Virus record (IMG/VR): IMGVR_UViG_3300037420_001231
Location: 1 to 63,968 of that record
From: a virus
Taxonomy: Duplodnaviria > Caudoviricetes
DNA: 63,968 nt
Reading direction: 5' to 3' (one strand)
In this document: positions 63,955 through 63,968 of the stretch, piece after piece
Layout of the letters: every line of letters begins with the position of its first letter
Numbering within the stretch: the stretch's first letter is position 1
Notes under the pieces: generated by a model
Seen by the model: only the letters and a program-made list of their open reading frames with translations
What the model was told of the DNA's origin: nothing
The model's database searches: none
Program-made: the position numbers and the translations under genes

Positions 63955-63968
63955 GTTCGCGCGTTACC
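63955..63968. repeat. Terminal direct repeat, right copy
   Basis: Identical to 1-14. Confidence 0.85.

Noticed and set aside
1-63968. Ro60/Rsr (TROVE) partner for the Y-RNA-like element
   Set aside because: All ORFs of suitable size are assigned to other families; a host-encoded Ro60 cannot be excluded

Overview
The window looks like a complete ~64-kb, GC-rich temperate myovirus genome, probably from an alphaproteobacterial host (inference). It starts and ends with the same 14-mer (GTTCGCGCGTTACC), next to a lambda-type terminase pair. The minus-strand late region joins a lambda-like head module (TerS, GpA TerL, gpW, portal, S49 protease/scaffold, decoration protein, gpE-type capsid) to a P2-like contractile tail and baseplate, followed by tail fibres and a holin/SAR-endolysin/spanin cassette. 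The centre holds a P4-family integrase with a putative attP, a CI-like repressor that seems to lack its self-cleavage residues, a beta sliding clamp, and a replication/recombination operon (Sak4-like ATPase, DUF669 SSB, Cas4-like nuclease, MTase, SF2 helicase, prim-pol). Accessory genes include RtcB RNA ligase, a T5 A1-like metallophosphoesterase, a sulfotransferase, an SGNH hydrolase, a dNMP kinase and tRNA-Gln(UUG). The most striking signal is a promoter-driven, ~500-nt structured non-coding region (about 30435-30930, minus strand). It contains two complete tandem circularly permuted tRNA cloverleafs with no anticodon loop and a capped acceptor stem, in a genome that encodes RtcB but no recognisable Ro60. 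Three dispersed cis-element families were also read from the sequence: TTGACA-CCCGG-N7-CCGG early promoters, a covarying triloop hairpin before RBSs, and SAACC-N27-YATNNT mostly leaderless late promoters. All product calls come from motif recognition only; no searches were run.
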